DNA from: Gemmatimonadota bacterium
GTDB taxonomy: Bacteria > Gemmatimonadota > Gemmatimonadetes > Gemmatimonadales > GWC2-71-9
Reading direction: 5' to 3'
Assembly: GCA_036679605.1 (NCBI GenBank)
Contig: JAZDCZ010000015.1
Span: 1-21,369, forward strand
DNA: 21,369 nucleotides
Below, one piece after another: positions 17,201 through 21,369 of the stretch; positions within the stretch are counted from its first letter, which is position 1, and the number at the start of each line of letters is the position of its first letter. The position numbers were made by a program, and so were the translations under genes. The notes beneath the pieces are model-generated. The model ran no database searches, was not told the origin of the DNA, and was given only the letters and a program-made list of their open reading frames with translations.

Positions 17201-19982
17201 CGGACGTCGAGTTGCTCAGCCCGGTAGCGCCGCCATCATGGCCGGGATCGATGTAGAATTCCACGCAGTCGTTGGCCCAGTTCAGCGCCACGGCATTGAG
17301 CGTTTGCACGTCGCTATCGAGGACCTCCACAAGAAAATACTGGTACGTGTCGTCGTGTCGTGCATAGATCTTGACGGAGTGGTCTGCGGCGCTGGTGGGC
17401 AAAACACCGCCGGGCCAACTTCCGGAGTAGTAGGGTCCGCTACCACCATCAAACCCGATGACGGCAATATCGCCGGTCGTCGTGTTCTCACCACCGCGCA
17501 CTTGGGTGACGAAGTCGACGAGGTTCCAGTCACTCGTATCACCGTCGATCGTGATGGTGCCGACTTTGGAATTCAATGTTTCCACGGTTACCGTCGCACC
17601 ACCTGCGGCAGCATAGGGGTTGTACACATCTCCCCAGTTGGCCGGAATCTTGTCTGGGAATCCACCAGACCCGGCGTAATCCAGCGCCCAGCCGTAGAGC
17701 GCTTGGTCGGACGTATCCTGATCGCGGAAGTGCATATTGAGTCCGAATAGACCACCCGGTGGCAGGGGTGGGTTGCTGATCGTCTTGGCGATGCGCAATT
17801 CGAGCCACCAACCGCTGCCATCGACCGCGACAGCGGAGGTAATGCCGCTCAGGATCTGCGTCCGATAGGCGGCCGTCGTCATGTAGACGTTGACCTGGTT
17901 GCAAGCATCGACGACCAGTTGGAACTCACTCGTGGTTTCATAGTCCCACATGGGCGTCGCATCCCCGTAGTGGCCCGGATCAATGAAGAACTCGGCGCAA
18001 TCATTGCGCCAATTCTCCTCGACTTCGTAGGGACATTGAATGTCATCGTCATCCGACCGGATCAGGAAATACTGATAGTTCGCGTCGTGGCGGCTGTAGA
18101 ACCGCACGGTATGATCGGTGGCGTCCGTGGGCAACGTAAAGCCCGGTTCCGGGCAGAGGTTGCCATAGTACATTGTCCCACTCAGCCAGCCGACTTGTCC
18201 GATGTCGCCGATCTCCTGCTCGCCACCCCGACTGTAGTCCGTGAATTCCCCCAGATCCCAATCGTCGGGGATTCCGTCAATCGTGAGTGCCGTGGTGGTT
18301 GGTCTGACGTTGAGGGTCTCGATGATGTCCTGGGAGTCCAGGACTTGAACAAGCTCGATGCCGTTGCCGGTTCCCAGGTTCCGGGAGTACTGTTTGTCCG
18401 TCGAGTTATTCCAGTGTTCGTGAACGCCGAGGCTGGCGAGACGCGACACATCACCGGCGTTGTCGGGATCATAGAACGTGCCCGAAGGGGGATTGTCGGC
18501 GAGGGCCGCCTCGTTCAGATAGTCGTCGGCGCCGGACATCCGCGGGTATTGACGGGGGTCGTCCTCATCCCATAAGAAATCGGCTCCCACCGAGTCGATC
18601 GCCACGGGATCCTGGGAAGCAAAAACGCTGGACGTCCAGTCCCCGTTGAAGGGCGCATGGCTCCAGGTTATCGGCGCGGAGTCGTCGGGATGAACCCCCG
18701 AGTACAGTCCGTCGATCAGGTAGAGCACCGCCTTGCCGCCGGTGTGCGCGTGGCCGAGCAGGTCGACCATGGCCCGGTAGTGCCCCATACCCGGCACATT
18801 CATGGGATCGACGAGGGTGTCATGCAGATTGAAGTAGCCTGCCACGTCCGGGCGTCGGATGGAGCCGTAGTGATTCTTGGTGCAGAGCGTGACTCCGGCC
18901 GCCGAATGGCTCTTGAGATTGGCCATGTCGATGAAATACTCGGCCTCCGCGTAGGAAACGAGAAGGTAGTCCTGATTGACGCCTGCTGGATGAGAGCTCC
19001 AGTAGATCGGAACCGTTGAAGTCTGTATTGCTGTTCGACCGAACAGCCCACGTGTGTCCAGATAGCGAACCGTTGGGAATTCGCTGTGGAGCGGATCATA
19101 GTACTGGTTGGGAAATAGGCATGTGGGATCACCGATCGTGATGTCGGACTCGTTGACGCCCGCCTCGTATACCAGCTGGCGCAGCAGGGCCAGCATCATC
19201 TGCGGCGCGGTGTTCATGTAGTCCATCTTGGACACGAGGTCGTAGGTGGCGGGATCCACGCCACCCCAAATGGGGACATCAATACAACCCACCAGGTTGA
19301 CCTTGATCATGATCTTCTCACCCGCCTGATAACCGACATCTCCCTTGCCGTGCGTTTGATTGAAGCGCCGGATCAAGATGTCCCAGGCGTCTGCGTCGCT
19401 CGCTTCCCCGCTCAGTCTGCGGAGCGCCCGCGACATCATCTGATCCACCACGGCCTGATCCGTATGGCTGCTTTCCCACCAATGGCCGTCTCCAACTCCG
19501 GCCCAATCGGTCGCGTCCGGATCGTGTACCCAGACGACGCGCCCCGGGTTGACTCCCTTGGCGACGCCGATCGGGTTGTTGGGATCCGGGGGACTCGCCA
19601 GCACAAAACGCTCCGGCATGGTGGCCAGAGCAACGATGCCCAGCACCGCAGTGAGCGCCATGCAGACACCCGCCAGCACCAACCGTGACTGTCGAAACAT
19701 GGTTCTGGTTTTGCGGAATGCCAGAGTCGTGGCAACGATCCCGGCGATCCAGAGCACAAAACCGCACCCGAGAGGCGCCGCCAACCGCTGGCAGGGATAG
19801 GCCGCTCGACTCGGCTTGGGAATGACCCGCGCCAGGAACCAGACCGTCGAGACCAGCCCGATGACCGGGTACAGCCAGAACAGCCAGGCAAGTTTTCGCT
19901 TGATGTCCCGGGGCCTGTGCGCGCGGGGGCAACAATGGAAACGGCGGCATAGCTGGTTGACGTGGACCGAGAGAGGCTTCAT
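14277..19982 (-). CDS. Large membrane-anchored modular protein (1901 aa): N-terminal TM segments, DUF362 domain, 3 CBM9/DOMON-like domains, Ig-like domain, Cys-rich repeats, beta-sandwich domain, dockerin-like tail
   Basis: RBS GGAGG precedes ATG 19982, which is preferred over GTG 20030. There are three hydrophobic segments around WFLARVIPKPSRAAYPCQR. DUF362 motifs are KIMIKVNL, LKSHSAAGVTLCTKNHYG, LYLIDGL and ASQDPVAIDSV. The CBM9-like units lie at ~18330-17630, ~17590-16895 and ~16580-15885. The tail is GDSEPDGDVDLADF. Confidence 0.9.
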   Translation of the reverse strand: MKPLSVHVNQLCRRFHCCPRAHRPRDIKRKLAWLFWLYPVIGLVSTVWFLARVIPKPSRAAYPCQRLAAPLGCGFVLWIAGIVATTLAFRKTRTMFRQSRLVLAGVCMALTAVLGIVALATMPERFVLASPPDPNNPIGVAKGVNPGRVVWVHDPDATDWAGVGDGHWWESSHTDQAVVDQMMSRALRRLSGEASDADAWDILIRRFNQTHGKGDVGYQAGEKIMIKVNLVGCIDVPIWGGVDPATYDLVSKMDYMNTAPQMMLALLRQLVYEAGVNESDITIGDPTCLFPNQYYDPLHSEFPTVRYLDTRGLFGRTAIQTSTVPIYWSSHPAGVNQDYLLVSYAEAEYFIDMANLKSHSAAGVTLCTKNHYGSIRRPDVAGYFNLHDTLVDPMNVPGMGHYRAMVDLLGHAHTGGKAVLYLIDGLYSGVHPDDSAPITWSHAPFNGDWTSSVFASQDPVAIDSVGADFLWDEDDPRQYPRMSGADDYLNEAALADNPPSGTFYDPDNAGDVSRLASLGVHEHWNNSTDKQYSRNLGTGNGIELVQVLDSQDIIETLNVRPTTTALTIDGIPDDWDLGEFTDYSRGGEQEIGDIGQVGWLSGTMYYGNLCPEPGFTLPTDATDHTVRFYSRHDANYQYFLIRSDDDDIQCPYEVEENWRNDCAEFFIDPGHYGDATPMWDYETTSEFQLVVDACNQVNVYMTTAAYRTQILSGITSAVAVDGSGWWLELRIAKTISNPPLPPGGLFGLNMHFRDQDTSDQALYGWALDYAGSGGFPDKIPANWGDVYNPYAAAGGATVTVETLNSKVGTITIDGDTSDWNLVDFVTQVRGGENTTTGDIAVIGFDGGSGPYYSGSWPGGVLPTSAADHSVKIYARHDDTYQYFLVEVLDSDVQTLNAVALNWANDCVEFYIDPGHDGGATGLSNSTSDIQLVIDAANQKNVYQCDSGYAATVLGGVTSALVSVTGGWGVEVRIAKNVLDPDIPSSSGDYGLDFNLRDNDNDNDVGLTTVYTWADDTEPAGFPSKIPDNWGTCMLESAPVNEPPIVDEVSPDPDPIAQGVEYTEQLTLAQGTLPIVWYKVQGPANLSVDQDGYVSGWTPESGDVGQTFAVEIAASNGFGADTEAWQVEVTAETVAVETLNVKPAGTIIVDGATSDWNLSAFTTTVRGGEDTVRGDIALVGWDGGDLYYGSYWTGAGLPNNEADHTARVYARDDATYQYFLVILTDDDIRTPSPTETNWQNDCVEFYIDPSHDGGGSSLSNSVSDIQLVIDAANQPNVYMCTPGYAAQVLGGVTSAINSNTSGWTLEVRILKTALDPDMVPLLGTYGLNFAFRDNDGDLADPVSTMYTWTNDNTQVGGFPNKIPDNWGDAVAAPADACVDDGDCDNGDWCDGAETCDTNGICQTGTPPDCGDGVGCTVDFCDELGDQCVNIASNGLCDNGSWCDGVETCDDVLDCQAGTAPDCTDTVSCTVDSCDEVNDVCMNVPEDTLCSNGLFCDGAETCDAVLDCQPGTYPCTDPQVPYCDEDLDECFAGCNAVLYAEDFNSNAPADDPLDWIDTGANNSLAENDALFKVFDVGGELVFGTTSTSTNIHSHYGGPGGDTWSSYRVTGKMMMTNSAGGIGVTFLSSYPNADEYYRLRRGNFPGGVAFHLDRHPDDQPTLVGTTDTGVVPTANEWYRFKIEVDNSGPQNSIRANVWLDGTQEPAGWQADCIDTSGLAATEGTIGLWSMSLGNKYGDDLQVATLSNDCSDGDPCTVETCSNGSCLYDPVDCSAFNDTCNEASCDSVGTNGNCDIMTPINIGGSCTDGDYCNGEETCDALGVCQAGPEPCLATEWCHESTDACIEYGLGDSEPDGDVDLADFRVFQTCFGELGLNECQASNLTGEGVIDLDDYEEFAAVLDGPY
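15444..15839 (-). repeat. Intragenic tandem repeat: 2.5 x 159 bp, same Cys-rich unit as 12001-12555
   Basis: 396 bp equals 2 x 53 + 26 codons. It shares AGTAPDCTDTVSCTVDSCDE with the downstream gene. Confidence 0.9.
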
Positions 19983-20428
19983 GTCGCCCCCTCCGTAAAA
20001 AGGGAGAAAGAGCCCGCAGGCATCACCCACGGCCTCTCTCGTCCCCCTCGGGCAGATTCCTCTCGGCCACCTGCACGATAGCAGATTTCGTGTCGGAAAA
20101 CAAGCAGGATGCAGTCGGCTTGGGACTCAGCAAAAGCACTTAATTGGTGCGGTTTTCACGGCCAAAATGAGGGATTCCCATCCCCGAACCGCATCCCACA
20201 AAGCACGCAGACTGTCAGGGAAGAGCCTTGCAGAAAAAAGGGAGGATTCCGCCGCGGTCTCAACCGACCCGTCTGTTGACGGCGGCGCGGAGGTCGTCAA
20301 CCGTCGCATGCGAATACCCCATCGTTTATCGGATGTGCCATGTCGAAAACGCGGAGCGCCATATCGCCGCGCATGAGCAGTCGCAGTTGCAATCGCGATG
20401 CATGCCCACGTGTCTCCGGCGTCTTTGG

Positions 20429-20464
20429 GCTGTCTTGCCCCGTATTGTCGCGGGGGAAGACAGC
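20429..20464. other. Strong intergenic hairpin
   Basis: gctgtcttgccccg pairs with cgggggaagacagc (13/14 Watson-Crick pairs) around an 8-nt loop. Function is unknown. Confidence 0.55.
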
Positions 20465-20747
20465 ATAAACCTAGCCGATACGGGTGGTTACAACGAATGT
20501 CTTTGGTGTCTTTGGCCATCCAAACGAAGTACCCAATACAAAAAGGGATGGACGTGAGAAATAGGCTATCAGCGATTCAGCAGAGGAAGTTCTTTTCTGA
20601 CGCCGAAGACGGGGGAGACACCTGCACCGGCGATTCATAATCGTTCTTGATCAAGACCGGAGGTGTCGGCCCGGCGACCAAGTCATGTGCTGCTCGCCGC
20701 GACCGCAATGGCGGTGCCCTGACCCACGGCACGTGACGCTGCGAACT

Positions 20748-21203
20748 TCAACAGGGGGCTCGCAGCGGGTATTTCAAGTACGCGATCTCGGGAATACCGA
20801 GTCGCTGCGCAGCGCGACGTGGGTCACTGATGATTTGCTCGCGGAGCCAGCTCCAAACCGCCGTCTCGTCGACCGCGTAATCCGGCGTCGAGTCAACGAT
20901 GGCGGCGGGCTTTGCCTTCGCCTCCTCCGGGGTCATCCAGCCGATCTCGACCAGCGTGTCGCGTAGCACTTGCGGATTGCGTCGATGGGGCAGGCCTGGC
21001 AGCGTAACAGCAGCCTTTGATTGCTTCGTCTCCCAGGCCCGGAAGCGGGAAATCGCAAGGTCGAGATTGTCGCCAAAGTAGAGGGGCGGCTTGACGTGGG
21101 TCGTGTAGTAACGGCTTGAGGCTTTGTGGAATGACAGGCCGACGACGGGCAGCCCATCGCGATCGCAAACGTATTTTGCGGGTCGACCTCGCCGCTTCGC
21201 CAT
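20748..21203 (-). pseudogene. 151-aa ORF, probably the truncated N-terminus of a Phycisphaerae-type tyrosine integrase
   Basis: It has a basic N-terminus (MAKRRGRP), GLSFHKASSRYY..., YFG...LAISRFRAW (arm-binding-like) and WSWLREQIISDPRRAAQRLGIPEIAYL, which I recognise as preceding the core-binding domain in such integrases. No catalytic domain follows in any frame. Confidence 0.55.
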
Positions 21204-21255
21204 GGCTGCCTCAGGGGGTCTTTGGAACCACCGGAGACGGCTTATTAAAAGTCAG

Positions 21256-21369
21256 GGTTCTCATCCCGTTTTGGTGGTTGTTTTTCGTCCGGGCAAGGCC
21301 TGTTTGACTTTGAGCGCGAAGTATTCTGGGTCGTGGAAGCCGTAGGCCTTGCGTTTGATGACTTTGATT
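21256..21369 (-). mobile_element. Right end of an ISL3-family insertion sequence (continues beyond the window)
   Basis: The transposase C-terminus is followed immediately by the terminal sequence ...gggatgagaacc (GGTTC end at 21256), next to an AT-rich target (ttattaaaagtcag). Confidence 0.85.
21261..21368 (-). CDS. ISL3-family transposase, C-terminal 35 aa (partial)
   Basis: IKVIKRKAYGFHDPEYFALKVKQALPG... matches the ISL3 C-terminal motif KIKxIKRxAYGF.D.EYF.LK. It is not in the ORF track. Confidence 0.9.
   Translation of the reverse strand: MKVIKRKAYGFHDPEYFALKVKQALPGRKTTTKTG

Overview
GC-rich bacterial DNA, most likely Planctomycetota (class Phycisphaerae). This is inferred from GACC Cys motifs, 'DCNxNxxxDxCD' motifs, EF-hand/dockerin-like C-terminal tails and planctomycete-type integrase fragments. 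There are six long intact genes: a fused membrane/spermidine-synthase-like methyltransferase (112-2748, -); a secreted protein with a duplicated ~260-aa domain and dockerin-like tail (3954-5996, +); an Ig/PKD + beta-propeller lipoprotein (6428-8911, +); a conserved hypothetical protein with GNAT-like motifs (9483-11165, -); and a paralogous pair of large Cys-rich modular proteins with CBM9/DOMON-like repeats (11770-14103 and 14277-19982, -), the larger carrying a membrane-anchored DUF362 domain. The spacers hold mobile-element debris that the ORF track does not reveal. It includes two overlapping pieces of a DUF3150-like gene sharing a 62-bp direct repeat 7,924 bp apart, an internal tyrosine-integrase fragment abutting one copy, a complete 264-bp ISL3-type MITE with an 8-bp target duplication, a truncated integrase-like N-terminus, and the 3' end of an ISL3 transposase. 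The window looks like a decayed integrative island carrying cell-surface cargo. All family assignments come from motif recognition by eye; no database search was run.
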